Positions 1 to 10,154 of a DNA stretch of 64,000 nt are shown here, piece by piece. Source of the DNA: Pseudomonadota bacterium (GTDB taxonomy: Bacteria > Pseudomonadota > Gammaproteobacteria > Burkholderiales > Rhodocyclaceae); NCBI GenBank assembly GCA_018262095.1, contig JAGTRW010000012.1, positions 82,436 through 146,435 of the forward strand. Reading direction: 5' to 3'. The first letter of the stretch is position 1, and every line of letters starts with the position of its first letter. The notes beneath the pieces were generated by a model that saw nothing but the letters and a program-made list of their open reading frames with translations, was not told where the DNA came from and made no database searches. Made by a program: the position numbers and the translations under genes.

Positions 1-2
1 AC

Positions 3-1559
3 ATGAAACTGCCCGCCGGCTACGATCCGACCGCGCGTCCCTGGTACAAGGACAACGTCGGCGCGACGGCGACCGTGATGACGGCGCCGTACCTCGATCT
101 ATCGACCAAGAAACTGGTGATCTCCTTCGTCGCTCCGGCCAACAAGAACGGTACTTTCCTCGGCGTGCTCGGCACCGACGTGCTGCTCGACGACATCGTG
201 GCCAGCGTGCTCGGCATCAAGCTGGTCGGCGAAGGCTACGCCATGCTGCTCGGCAAGGACGGCCAGGTGCTGGTGCACCGCGATGCCGCGCGCGTCACCA
301 AGCCGGTCTCTGAGCTCGCGCCCGAGCTCAAACCCGAACTGCTGTCCGAGCTCGCCAAGAGCGGCGAGATGCGCGAAATCACGCTGGACAATACCGGCAA
401 GTATTTCTTCGTGCGTGCCATCGACGGCGCCGACCTCTACGTCGCGCTGGCCGTCGACAAAAGCGTCGCGCTGGCGCCGCTCAATTCGCTGCTGTGGCAG
501 GCGCTGATCACCCTGGTGGTGATCCTGCTGGTGGTGGTGCCGCTCACCGGCCTGCTGGTCAGCCGCATGTTGCGCAGCATCCGTCACATCCACGACACGA
601 TGGTCGAGATCGCCAACGGTGGCGGCGACCTGACGCGCAAGATCAAGATCGACGGCAACGACGAAGTGGCCGAAACCGCCGAAGCGTTCAATCGCTTCCT
701 CGATCAGTTGCGCTCGATGTTTGTTCGCATCGATCAGGAATCGGCGCAACTGACGATCGGCATCAAGGACATCCACGGCGTCGTCGAACTGCTGTCGGGC
801 GATTCCCAACGACTGGCCGAACTGACTGCCGAAAACGCCGCGGCGATCGAAGAGATCACGGTCAGCATTTCTCATATTGCCGATAACTCGAACGACGCCG
901 ACACGCTGATCAAAGGTACCGATGCGCTGTCGCGCGAATCGGTTGCCGCGGTGCGCGGCGTTGCCGACGAAGCGAGCCAGTCGGCGCACGACGTCGAAGA
1001 GTTGTCGGCGATGCTCGACGGCTTGAATCAGCGCGCGCAGGAGATCAGCGGAATCATCCGGGTGATCAAGGAAATCGCCGACCAGACCAACCTGCTGGCG
1101 CTCAACGCGGCGATCGAAGCGGCACGCGCCGGTGAGCAGGGTCGCGGCTTTGCGGTGGTGGCCGACGAAGTGCGTAAACTGGCCGAGCGCACCAGCCGGG
1201 CCACCGAGCAGATCACCGGCATGATCGAAGGCGTCGGCGTAGAAACCCGCAAGGCCGTCGACAACATGCAGAGCACGCTCGACGCGGTGCGCGGCGGCGC
1301 CAGTCACTCGACCGAAGCGGCAGAGAAGATCACCGCGATTCGCCAGAACATGAACGACGTGGTCGCCAAGATCGAAGAGATCGCGCTGTCGACCAAGGAA
1401 CAGCTGAGCGCTACGACGTCGATGGCGCAAGCCGCTGAAAAGATCACCAACCAGACGCACCATTCCGACTCGGCACTGCAGCGCGCCGCCGAAGAAGTCA
1501 GAAAGCTCAACGGGCTGGCGGTCAGCCTGCGCGGCTTGTTCAGCAACTTCCGCCTCTGA
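3..1559 (+). CDS. Methyl-accepting chemotaxis protein (dCache-TM-HAMP-MA); 5' part lies before the window
   Basis: Cache motif [11 protein letters not shown] helix, HAMP, signalling tip [38 protein letters not shown]; TM1 absent, so the true start is upstream. Confidence 0.95.
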   Translation: MKLPAGYDPTARPWYKDNVGATATVMTAPYLDLSTKKLVISFVAPANKNGTFLGVLGTDVLLDDIVASVLGIKLVGEGYAMLLGKDGQVLVHRDAARVTKPVSELAPELKPELLSELAKSGEMREITLDNTGKYFFVRAIDGADLYVALAVDKSVALAPLNSLLWQALITLVVILLVVVPLTGLLVSRMLRSIRHIHDTMVEIANGGGDLTRKIKIDGNDEVAETAEAFNRFLDQLRSMFVRIDQESAQLTIGIKDIHGVVELLSGDSQRLAELTAENAAAIEEITVSISHIADNSNDADTLIKGTDALSRESVAAVRGVADEASQSAHDVEELSAMLDGLNQRAQEISGIIRVIKEIADQTNLLALNAAIEAARAGEQGRGFAVVADEVRKLAERTSRATEQITGMIEGVGVETRKAVDNMQSTLDAVRGGASHSTEAAEKITAIRQNMNDVVAKIEEIALSTKEQLSATTSMAQAAEKITNQTHHSDSALQRAAEEVRKLNGLAVSLRGLFSNFRL

Positions 1560-1697
1560 GCGCAACAGCCCTCGGTCGCGCCTGCCGCCGGGGGCGCGCT
1601 CAGCGCCGGCCAAACTCGTCGATCGCGCACCGCTTGGCCTGGCGGCGCTGCGGCAGTCTGTTAGAGTTCGTTCCTTTCGGGTTTCTTGGGGCGGCTG

Positions 1698-2438
1698 ATG
1701 CTGATCACTCTGATTTTCGTCGCCGGCCTGTGGGCCGGACTGCAAAATACCCTGGCCGGCGGCGGCTCGTTCATCACCTTGCCGGTCCTGATTCTGTCCG
1801 GAATGACGCCGCTCGCAGCCAACATCACGTCGACCGTCGCGCTGTTTCCCGGGCAGCTCACGTCGGGATTCGCCGGTCGCCGGCTGGTGAGCGGCGCGGG
1901 GCGTCTGCCGTTCCGCGGGCTGTTCGCCATCAGCGTGCTGGGCGGTGCCTGCGGCGGCCTGTTGCTGCTCAATACGCCGTCGACGGTCTTCGCCCATCTG
2001 GTGCCCTGGCTGGTGCTCTTCGCGACGAGCGCCTTCGCCTGGGGCAGCTTCTTCCGCCGGCAGGCTTCGGCGTCGGCGCATCTGGGGCCGGTCGGCGCCG
2101 CCCTGGCGCAATTTGCGATCGCAATCTACGGCGGCTATTTCGGCGGCGGCATCGGTTTCCTGATGATGGCGGCGCTGACCATGGCCGGGTTGCCGACGCG
2201 CAACGCCGCGGCGACCAAGAACGCGCTGGCCGGCGTGATGAACGCGGCGGCCGTCGCGCTGTTTGTGACCTCGCCGCAATTGCACTGGCAGGAAGCTCTC
2301 GCGCTCGGTACCGGCGCCATCGTCGGCGGTCTGCTCGGCTCGTTGGCGCTGCAGCGGGTCAATGAAAAGCTGTTGCGCATCGTCATCGTTTGCATCGGCA
2401 TCGCGCTGACCATCGGCCTGTTCATCAAGCCGGTCTGA
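1698..2438 (+). CDS. TauE/SafE family (sulfite exporter-like) membrane protein
   Basis: AGGGSFITLP and YGGYFGGGIG motifs, multi-TM; ATG at 1698 preferred over 1686. Confidence 0.85.
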   Translation: MLITLIFVAGLWAGLQNTLAGGGSFITLPVLILSGMTPLAANITSTVALFPGQLTSGFAGRRLVSGAGRLPFRGLFAISVLGGACGGLLLLNTPSTVFAHLVPWLVLFATSAFAWGSFFRRQASASAHLGPVGAALAQFAIAIYGGYFGGGIGFLMMAALTMAGLPTRNAAATKNALAGVMNAAAVALFVTSPQLHWQEALALGTGAIVGGLLGSLALQRVNEKLLRIVIVCIGIALTIGLFIKPV

Positions 2439-2450
2439 AAACCTTCGGTG

Positions 2451-2780
2451 TCAGCCCGGCGTGAGGTTGCGCATCACGACATAGGCGGTGGTGCCGAGCA
2501 CGATGCTGAGCAGCGCGTTCCTGCTGCGCCATTGCAGCACGATCACCATGACGACGGCCAAGAGCTCCGGCCACGGGCCGAGCCTGTCCTGCTGCGCCGA
2601 GCCGGCCGCCGAGTGCAGCAGCAGCAGCGTCATGATCGCCAGCGGCAGGAATTCGCCCAAGCGTTCGACGATAGTGTTCTTTTGCAGCCACTGCGCGGCG
2701 ATAAAGGGTAGCGCGCGCAGCGCCAGGGTGATCAGCGCCATCGCGGCGATGACTCCGACGATGTAGCGTGCGTCAGTCAT
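2451..2780 (-). CDS. azlD: AzlD-family branched-chain amino acid exporter small subunit
   Basis: ITLALRALPF and LP..IM..L motifs; overlaps the azlC stop. Confidence 0.8.
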   Translation of the reverse strand: MTDARYIVGVIAAMALITLALRALPFIAAQWLQKNTIVERLGEFLPLAIMTLLLLHSAAGSAQQDRLGPWPELLAVVMVIVLQWRSRNALLSIVLGTTAYVVMRNLTPG

Positions 2781-3492
2781 GATCAACGCCGCCGGCGATA
2801 GCCCGCTTGGGCTGCCAGAGCATCGCGGCAGCGATGCTGAGCACGATCGAAATTACCAGCGCGTGTTTTCCCGCCAGCGGGTAGGCCAGCGCATAGGCGG
2901 CCAGCGCCACCCAGAGCGGGGCCGCGCTTTTCCGGGTTCGCCACTGCTCGACGGTGAGCACGGCAAACAGCGCGGCGAGCACAAAATCGAGTCCGGCCAG
3001 CGCCAGCTGCGCTTGCGCGCCGATGATCGCGCCGCATGTGGAGCCCAAGACCCACCAACTGTGATTGAGCAGCGCGAGCAAGGCCATCTGTTTGTCGCTG
3101 GTCGACTTGGGCAGCGTGGTGAGCACCGAGTAGGTCTCGTCGGTCAGCGCAAAAACCAGGTACCAGCGCAGCCACCCGTTCTTCGGAAACCGGTTCAGCA
3201 AGGACAGCCCGTAGAATATATGGCGACTATTGACGATCAGGGTCGCCAGCGCAATCGTTCCGACCGGAAGCCCGGCAGCGATCATCGGGATCATCATGTA
3301 CTGCGCCGCGCCAGCGTACACCAGCAGGCTGGAGAGGACGGCCAGCGACCAGTGGGCTCCGGCCTGGACGAAGAGGAATCCGAAAACCATCCCGAGCGGG
3401 ATGTAGCCCATCGCCACCGGAGCGGTCAGCGCGAGTAGCGAAAAACTGCTTGCGGTGGACTCGAACGCCGCGGGAGCGTGTCGTTTCATCAA
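2773..3492 (-). CDS. azlC: AzlC-family branched-chain amino acid exporter permease
   Basis: GYIPLG, YAGAAQY, NSRHIFYG and LTDETY motifs. Confidence 0.9.
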   Translation of the reverse strand: MMKRHAPAAFESTASSFSLLALTAPVAMGYIPLGMVFGFLFVQAGAHWSLAVLSSLLVYAGAAQYMMIPMIAAGLPVGTIALATLIVNSRHIFYGLSLLNRFPKNGWLRWYLVFALTDETYSVLTTLPKSTSDKQMALLALLNHSWWVLGSTCGAIIGAQAQLALAGLDFVLAALFAVLTVEQWRTRKSAAPLWVALAAYALAYPLAGKHALVISIVLSIAAAMLWQPKRAIAGGVDHD

Positions 3493-3625
3493 GGGGAGAA
3501 CCGAGCGGGAAGGGCGCTATGGTAACAAAATAACGCAGCGTCGCAGCGTCGCTTGGCAAATGGGGTGGTGCCGGCAATCCTGCGTTGCGTACCGGCGAGT
3601 TGCAATCGACGGCGTCGAGCGGGCG

Positions 3626-5662
3626 TTATCCCGGCGCGTCGGTGCCATGAAAATGGATCGAGTTGCGTCCGGCCGCCTTGGCTTGATACATGGCCGCGTC
3701 GGCCCACTTGAGCAGGTCATCCGGGCTGGCGCCGTCGTTGATCAACATGGCCACGCCAATGCTCGCGCTGCAACGATGATCTACGATCGTGTCGGCCAGG
3801 CCTTCGTGCTTGAGGGTCAGCCGGTAGGTGGCAGACAGCGCGGCACGGATTTTTTCGGCAACGATACGGGTGAGTGCCGCCGATTCGGTTTCGTCAGCGT
3901 TCAGCTCGCTGAGCAATACGACGAACTCGTCGCCGCCGAAACGCGCGACGGTGTCGATTTCGCGAACGCAATTTCTGAGTCGATGCGCCGCCTCGACGAG
4001 CAGCAAGTCGCCGGCGATATGCCCATGGGTGTCGTTGAGCGACTTGAAATTGTCGAGGTCGAGGAACATCAGCGCGCCGTGACAGGCGTTCCGCCTGCCG
4101 GCCGCCATGGTCTGGTTGAGACGGTCGCTGAACAGACGTCGGTTGGGCAGGGTGGTGAGCGGGTCGTAGAACGCCAGCAGGTGGATCTGGCGTTCCTTGC
4201 GTTTGCGCTCGGTGATGTCGAAGTGCGCGCCGACATAATGGCTCACCGCACCCTCCTTGTCCTTAACCGCCGAGATGGTGAGCCATTTTGGAAAGATCTC
4301 GCCGTTTTTGCGCCGGTCCCATATTTCGCCTTGCCAGCCGCCCGTGCGGTTGAGCGTTTCCCACATTTGTCGATAGAATTCTTTGTCGTGCCGACCCGAC
4401 TTGAGCAGGTTCGGTTTCTGGCCCATGGCTTCTTCGGCGGTGTACCCCGTGCTCTCGGTGAACGCCTTGTTGACGCGCAGGATTATGCCGCGCGCGTCGG
4501 TGACCACCATCCCTTCGTGCGATTCAAACGCCGCGGCGGCGATGCGAAGCTCGGCCTCGGCGACGAGCAGCGCGTTCTCTCGGAGCGCCAGCGTTGCCAG
4601 CAGTCGATTGAAGCCAGCGATCAATTCGGCGATTTCGCCCTGGCCCGGAATGTCGAGCAGCTGCGGGCGCTGATTGCTTGCGCTCAGCTTGGCCAGGGTT
4701 CTGACGGTGGTTAGCATTGGCGTGAGTTCGCGGCGCAGTATCAACCAGATCACGCCGCTCGCCAGCAGCCCGAGGACGATCGTCGCCAACGCCATGAGCT
4801 TGCGCGCGGCGCGCAAGGGCGCCAGGGCGTCCTCTTTGGGCAGCGCGATCAGCACCTGCCAGTCGGTCATGGGGATCGCTTTGGCTGCCGCCAGCAGTTC
4901 GTCTCCCCGGGCGTTGAAGGCGGCGCCGAAGCCTTCGTGGCCGGTCAAGAACTGCTCGATCAATGGGCTGGTTCCTGGCGCGGCCAGCGTTTCGGTAATG
5001 CCGTTGCGGTCGCTGCCGGCGATCACTCGCCGCTGTCGTGTCGAGATTAGGAGATAGTTGCCGGCCTTGCTGTCGGTGCTTTGCGTGAATCGCTGCAGGA
5101 AACCTGAGCGGTTGACATCGCTTACGCCAATCAGGGCGCCGATCACCTTGCCCTGCTTGTCGCGCAGCGGCGTGGCCAGGCCGACAACCGGGCTCGGCGC
5201 GCTGCCGGCCGGCTGACCAAGGCTCGTTGCACCGTCGTTGAGCGCGTTGGCGACGAACGCCCAGTCACTGAAGCGGGCGCCGATACGTGCGCTCGACGAT
5301 GGAATCGCGACCGTCGCCACGCCGTCGGCGCCAACGATGAAGGCCCCCTCGTTGAACAGTACTGGCCAGCTCGGCCGCCGTTCGAGCCGCGCCCGTAGCG
5401 CCGCATCGGTCAGAAGCGCCGGCGTGAGCGTTGCGGCGACGGCTTCAATTTCGCTTCGTCGATCGCGCAGTTCCTGATCGATGCCTGCCGCGATACTGGC
5501 GGCGGTCGATAGCTGCTGTTCGCCGATCATGCCCTGTATCGCCTGATGCAAAATTCCTCGACCGTAGACCGCCAGGGCCAGGGTGCTGATCAGGAAAATG
5601 GCGAGCGTGAACAGCGTGACCCGGGCCTTGATCGAGCGCAGCGTGAAGATGGCGAAATTCAT
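3626..5662 (-). CDS. Membrane-bound diguanylate cyclase (Cache-like sensor, HAMP, PAS, GGDEF)
   Basis: Two TMs; PAS GEIWDRRKNGE; GGDEF site ARFGGDEF preceded by RxxD I-site (REID). Confidence 0.92.
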   Translation of the reverse strand: MNFAIFTLRSIKARVTLFTLAIFLISTLALAVYGRGILHQAIQGMIGEQQLSTAASIAAGIDQELRDRRSEIEAVAATLTPALLTDAALRARLERRPSWPVLFNEGAFIVGADGVATVAIPSSSARIGARFSDWAFVANALNDGATSLGQPAGSAPSPVVGLATPLRDKQGKVIGALIGVSDVNRSGFLQRFTQSTDSKAGNYLLISTRQRRVIAGSDRNGITETLAAPGTSPLIEQFLTGHEGFGAAFNARGDELLAAAKAIPMTDWQVLIALPKEDALAPLRAARKLMALATIVLGLLASGVIWLILRRELTPMLTTVRTLAKLSASNQRPQLLDIPGQGEIAELIAGFNRLLATLALRENALLVAEAELRIAAAAFESHEGMVVTDARGIILRVNKAFTESTGYTAEEAMGQKPNLLKSGRHDKEFYRQMWETLNRTGGWQGEIWDRRKNGEIFPKWLTISAVKDKEGAVSHYVGAHFDITERKRKERQIHLLAFYDPLTTLPNRRLFSDRLNQTMAAGRRNACHGALMFLDLDNFKSLNDTHGHIAGDLLLVEAAHRLRNCVREIDTVARFGGDEFVVLLSELNADETESAALTRIVAEKIRAALSATYRLTLKHEGLADTIVDHRCSASIGVAMLINDGASPDDLLKWADAAMYQAKAAGRNSIHFHGTDAPG

Positions 5663-5711
5663 TCAGACTCTTGTCGTTCCTGGTGGCGGCCATTCGGGAC
5701 CCGTGGCGTGT

Positions 5712-5882
5712 TCAAAGCGGCGGCTGCGCCAGTTCGCTGGCCAGCGCCGTCAGCGGCCGCGCGCGGCGCCACAGCTTCGAGCGGTCGCGGCGCGTGTTCT
5801 CAGCGTCAAGCACGGCGTAGGCGGTCGGCGCCTCGATGCGCCGACGACCGAGCTTGCCGCTCGCCAGCGCCACGCCCAATGG
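5712..5882 (-). pseudogene. Relic 3' end (56 codons + stop) of the gene at 8951-10006
   Basis: Translates PLGVALASGKLGRRRIEAPTAYAVLDAENTRRDRSKLWRRARPLTALASELAQPPL*; 33/55 residues identical by hand to the C-terminus encoded at 8951-9118; no start codon or upstream homology. Confidence 0.85.
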
Positions 5883-5892
5883 GCGCTATCCT

Positions 5893-7446
5893 TCAGGCCG
5901 GGTGCCTTTCGTTGATGGCGACAAACTCGTCAAAATGCTCAAGGAAGATGTCGACCAAGTGCGGGTCGAAATGCTTTCCTCTTTCCTTTTTGATGTGATC
6001 GTAGACGTCTGAGGTTTTCCAGGGTTGTTTATAGACCCGGCTGTGGCACAAGGCGTCAAACACATCGGCCAATCCGGTGATGCGCGCGTAGATGTGAATC
6101 TCCTCGCCGGCCATGCCGTCCGGATAGCCCGTGCCATCCCAGCGCTCGTGGTGGCGATGGGCGATGACTGCGGCAGCTTCCATGATTTCCCGACGTGACT
6201 TGCGCAGGATGCCATAACCGATGGCGGCATGCGGCTTGATCTGTTCGAACTCCTCGGCGGTCGGCTTGCCGGGCATGGTCAGGATGGCTTCCGGTATGCC
6301 GACCTTGCCGATGTCATGCATCGGCGACGCCATGCGCAGAATGTCGGCCTGCTCTTCATCGAAGCCGGCTTTCATCGCCAATAGCCAGGAAACCTCGGCA
6401 ACCCGCTTGACGTGATTGGCCGTTTCGTTCGAATGGGTTTCGACGACCTCGCCCAGCGTGTAAATGACCTCTTTCTGGGTCTCGATGATCTCGTAGTTGA
6501 GGTCCAGATTCTTGAAGGCAATCGATACGTTGGTCGAAAACAGGCGGATCAGATCGCGATCCATTTCCAGCAGGTTCTGTACGTCGCCGTTCAAATAGAG
6601 GATGCCTGTTCGTCCGCTGGGGGTCGGGAAGTAGCCGATATACGCATCCGGGAAGAACAGGCTGCTCTGCGCGGCGACCGCCTGCGCCAGGCGATCATTG
6701 ATTTCGTCCGACATCAGCGGGTCGGAATCTTTGCCGGAGAACGACTCGTACATGCCGGTGGCGGCCAGAATGACAAACCTGTTTTTTTCATCCGGCAGCG
6801 AAAATCCGGCATTGTGGAAATACAGCGAACTCTCGTCGTAGTTGAGAATCGAGAGCAGTTGGGTCAATACCCCGTTGGCGAACTGGCGAAGCGACTGGAT
6901 TTCGAAGAGCTGAGCCGAGGCGTTGATGATTTGCAGCAATCCCCTGCGGTTGCGGTCGATGATGTGCAGGTCACGATGCGAACGCAGCGCAGTGATGACG
7001 CTGGTGGTCAGCTTCTGAACGGTGAGTTCGGATTTTTCCTTGTAGTCGTTGATGTCGTAATCCATGATCACGCGCTTTTCCGGCGCCTGACCGGGGCGCC
7101 CGGTGCGCAGGATGATGCGCACCAGCGTGTTGCGCAGCGTTTCACGGATGTGGCGCGCCACATCGAGTCCGGTGTGCTCGCTCTCCATCACGACGTCGAG
7201 CAGGATGACCGCCGTATCGGGGTGCTCTTGCAGCAGGGCTTTTGCCTCTTCACCGGAGTATGCGCTGATGAAAGACAGGCCGCGATCTTCAAAGGAAAAG
7301 TCCTTTAGCGCCAGGCGCGTCACGCGATGGATTTCCTCTTCATCATCGACGATCATCAGCTTCCAGGCTTCTCGCCGGTGCTTGGGCGATGGTGCCGTTT
7401 CTTCGGCAAAAAGCAGATCGTCGTTCAAATCTTTGGCGCTGTTCAT
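5893..7446 (-). CDS. Response regulator with REC, DUF3369-like and HD-GYP domains (c-di-GMP phosphodiesterase)
   Basis: IVDDEE...LLDVVM receiver; HDIGK...HHERWDGTGYP HD-GYP motif; overlaps kinase stop. Confidence 0.9.
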   Translation of the reverse strand: MNSAKDLNDDLLFAEETAPSPKHRREAWKLMIVDDEEEIHRVTRLALKDFSFEDRGLSFISAYSGEEAKALLQEHPDTAVILLDVVMESEHTGLDVARHIRETLRNTLVRIILRTGRPGQAPEKRVIMDYDINDYKEKSELTVQKLTTSVITALRSHRDLHIIDRNRRGLLQIINASAQLFEIQSLRQFANGVLTQLLSILNYDESSLYFHNAGFSLPDEKNRFVILAATGMYESFSGKDSDPLMSDEINDRLAQAVAAQSSLFFPDAYIGYFPTPSGRTGILYLNGDVQNLLEMDRDLIRLFSTNVSIAFKNLDLNYEIIETQKEVIYTLGEVVETHSNETANHVKRVAEVSWLLAMKAGFDEEQADILRMASPMHDIGKVGIPEAILTMPGKPTAEEFEQIKPHAAIGYGILRKSRREIMEAAAVIAHRHHERWDGTGYPDGMAGEEIHIYARITGLADVFDALCHSRVYKQPWKTSDVYDHIKKERGKHFDPHLVDIFLEHFDEFVAINERHPA

Positions 7447-8777
7447 ACGCTCACTTTCGCGATTTCTGCAGAAGACGTTGCATGAAAGAAGAGGCTTCTG
7501 TTGAGTGGGCTGATGCGTGGAATCTGCATGCGGAATACGACGCCCTGACCGTATTCACTTTCCATTTTGATGCGCCCGCCAAGCGTCTGCGTCACCAGGT
7601 TGTACAAAATATGCAATCCGAGTCCGGTTCCGCCATGGTTTCGTTTGGTCGTGAAAAAGGGTTCGAAGATATGCTCGAGATTTTCCTTGGGAATTCCTTT
7701 GCCATCGTCACGATACGTAAGAACGATATCGTTCGCTTGATCGATGACTTCGATTGAAATCATCCCCGCTTTCGTTTCTTCGAAACCATGCAGCAGGGAG
7801 TTCATGATCAGAATCGAGACGATCTGCCCCAGCGCCCCGGCATAGCTCTTCAGGACGATATCCTCATGGCACTGCAGTTGCACCGAATGGGCGCCCTTTT
7901 TGAGCATCGGGCGCAGACTCATGATGTGGTTCTCGAGGCACTCCCTGAGACGGAAGGTGTTGATCTCCTCGCACGACTGATCGACCGCGACCTGTTTGAA
8001 GCGCTGAATCAGATCCGACGCGCGTCCAAGATTCGAGAGGATCATCGCCGATGACTCGAGCGCGAGCTGGAAGTAAGCCTCAAGATCGGAGCGCTTCATC
8101 GCCTGGGTCGAGAAAAGTGCTGCGCACTCCCTGGTTTTTTCCTCGAGCAAGGACGCTGCGGTCACCCCGATACCGACTGGCGTGTTGATTTCATGGGCCA
8201 CTCCCGCCACCAGTCCACCCAAGGCAGCCATTTTTTCAGACTGGACCAGATGATGTTGGGTTTCGCGCAACAGTTCCAGAGAACTTTGCAGCTCGGACAC
8301 CGTCTGCGCGAGCTTGATATTGAACTCGTGCTCTCTTTCTTCGGCGAGTTTTGTGGTGCTGATGTCCTGGAGTGTCTGAATCGCACCGGTAATTTGCCCC
8401 GCAGCGTTCTTCAAGGGGGCCGCGGTAAAAAACAGCCACTTTCCTCCCGCGCCCTGGGTGAGCCGATAGGCTTCGGCCTCATAAGCCTCATCGATCAAGG
8501 TCGATTTGCGAGCATTGCCCTCGAAATGAATCAGAATTTTCTGTTCGTCAGGTTCGTCGACCACATAGTCGGCCAGAACGTTGGATCGCTTATCGTAAAA
8601 AGCCATCCATTGATTCTTCGTTCCGATCACGTCCTTGGCCAGCAAACCGGTCAGCGCCTCGCAGGCGATATTCCAATGGGTGACCGTATGGTCGCGGTCG
8701 ATAATGAAAGTTGGAATGGGGCTGCCATTAATGATCTGGTCATCTGGATGGTTCATTTCATGCATGTTGGCGGCCAT
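7443..8777 (-). CDS. Soluble PAS sensor histidine kinase
   Basis: N-terminal PAS; H-box AGVAHEINTP; N-box NSLLHGF; G boxes DDGKGI, GGTGLGL; no TM. Confidence 0.92.
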   Translation of the reverse strand: MAANMHEMNHPDDQIINGSPIPTFIIDRDHTVTHWNIACEALTGLLAKDVIGTKNQWMAFYDKRSNVLADYVVDEPDEQKILIHFEGNARKSTLIDEAYEAEAYRLTQGAGGKWLFFTAAPLKNAAGQITGAIQTLQDISTTKLAEEREHEFNIKLAQTVSELQSSLELLRETQHHLVQSEKMAALGGLVAGVAHEINTPVGIGVTAASLLEEKTRECAALFSTQAMKRSDLEAYFQLALESSAMILSNLGRASDLIQRFKQVAVDQSCEEINTFRLRECLENHIMSLRPMLKKGAHSVQLQCHEDIVLKSYAGALGQIVSILIMNSLLHGFEETKAGMISIEVIDQANDIVLTYRDDGKGIPKENLEHIFEPFFTTKRNHGGTGLGLHILYNLVTQTLGGRIKMESEYGQGVVFRMQIPRISPLNRSLFFHATSSAEIAKVSV

Positions 8778-8950
8778 GGATCGACGAAGAAATATCTTTG
8801 CGAGTTTAGTACTTGTATCGGCTTTTCGTCTATGACTTTGGTGAGCTTTGGTGAGCTTTTGTCAGACCGACGTGGTCGGCTCGATTTGAGTGCCTTGGCG
8901 CGCACGATGGTCATTGCTGCCCGCCATCAAGGGCCTTTGCTGGCCAAGCC

Positions 8951-10006
8951 TCAGGCGGTTGTCGCCAGTTCTTGGGCGAGCGCCGCGAGCGGCTGCGCGC
9001 GGCGCCACAGCTTCCACTGTTCGCGACGCGTGCTCTGCCAGGCGAGCGCCGCGTAGGCGGTCGACGCTTCGATGCGCAGCGCGCTGATCTTGCCGCTCGA
9101 AAGCGCCGCGCGCAGCGGCGCGAACCAGCGCGCTTCGAGCCCGGCAAGCGCGCTGCGGTAGGCTTCGCCGTGCTGGTAGAGCACCGGCACGAGCAGGTCC
9201 TCGACGACGACCAGTTGGCGGGTGTCGGGCGCGGCGTGCTCGAACAGCGTCGCCGCATCGACCGGCAGCCGGTGCGTCGGAACACCGGCGGCACGTGCCA
9301 GGCCCAGCGCCAGCGGGTTGCCGCTCCAGACCCCGTCAAAGTCGCTTTCCCGGCGTGCTGGCAGCGCGCCTGCGCCCCACAACCACAGGCTGTTGATCGC
9401 CAGGCGGCCGTCGTTCTCGCGCTGCGCGTTGAGCGGATGCGCGTGCAGCAGCATCTGCGCTTCGTTGTGCAGCGCGCGCAAGCGCCTGGCCGACGCCGTA
9501 GCGGGCAGCAGTCGGTCGATGCGGCGGCCGGCGACGGCCGACAGCGGCGGCGTGTCGAGCGCGGCGGCGAGCGTGCTGTCGGCGAGCTCGAGATACCAGC
9601 GATCGGGCGCCGCGACGTGGAAACGGCCGACGTCGGCGAGCTCGCGGTTAAGCTCGCCGGCGAGCGCTTGCGCTTCGCCCGCGGTGATCTCGAAGCGGGT
9701 ACTGTCGGCCAGAATCAGCTGCTCCTGATGGAAGCGCAGATGCACCGGGTCGCAGCACAGCCAGCAGCCAGTGCTCGCTTCGGCTGGCGGGTACGCCTCG
9801 CCGAGCAGGCGAAAGGCGGCGTAAGGCGCTCCGGGCGGTTGGCCGAAAGCGTCGGCGAGCGTCGCTTCGAGCGATTGCGCTGCGCGCCGCGTGCGCCGGC
9901 TACGCGCGAGCAATGTTTCGAGCGCCGGGCAGTCGATGAAGTCGAGCGTCTCGCGGTCGGCAGGTTCGGGCCAGATCAGTTCGGGGACGATGAGAGTGAG
10001 TTGCAT
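8951..10006 (-). CDS. Conserved protein of the phosphoglycerate mutase-like / RpfE-like family typically found divergent from lolC/E
   Basis: WLCCDPVHL, LHNEAQMLLHAHPLN and INSLWLWG motifs; position divergent from lolC/E; start MQLTLIVP at 10006. Confidence 0.7.
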   Translation of the reverse strand: MQLTLIVPELIWPEPADRETLDFIDCPALETLLARSRRTRRAAQSLEATLADAFGQPPGAPYAAFRLLGEAYPPAEASTGCWLCCDPVHLRFHQEQLILADSTRFEITAGEAQALAGELNRELADVGRFHVAAPDRWYLELADSTLAAALDTPPLSAVAGRRIDRLLPATASARRLRALHNEAQMLLHAHPLNAQRENDGRLAINSLWLWGAGALPARRESDFDGVWSGNPLALGLARAAGVPTHRLPVDAATLFEHAAPDTRQLVVVEDLLVPVLYQHGEAYRSALAGLEARWFAPLRAALSSGKISALRIEASTAYAALAWQSTRREQWKLWRRAQPLAALAQELATTA

Positions 10007-10154
10007 GGCGCCTGCGAAGATTGGAAAAGTGGCGATCGATGCGCTGATAAATTCGCTGATCGGTACGGCGCCAGGGAAGCGCGAGAACAAAAAGTGTAGC
10101 ATAGCGCCTTTGCCGCTCCGGCCCGCTAATCAAACCCATGAGCTCACGCACCTG

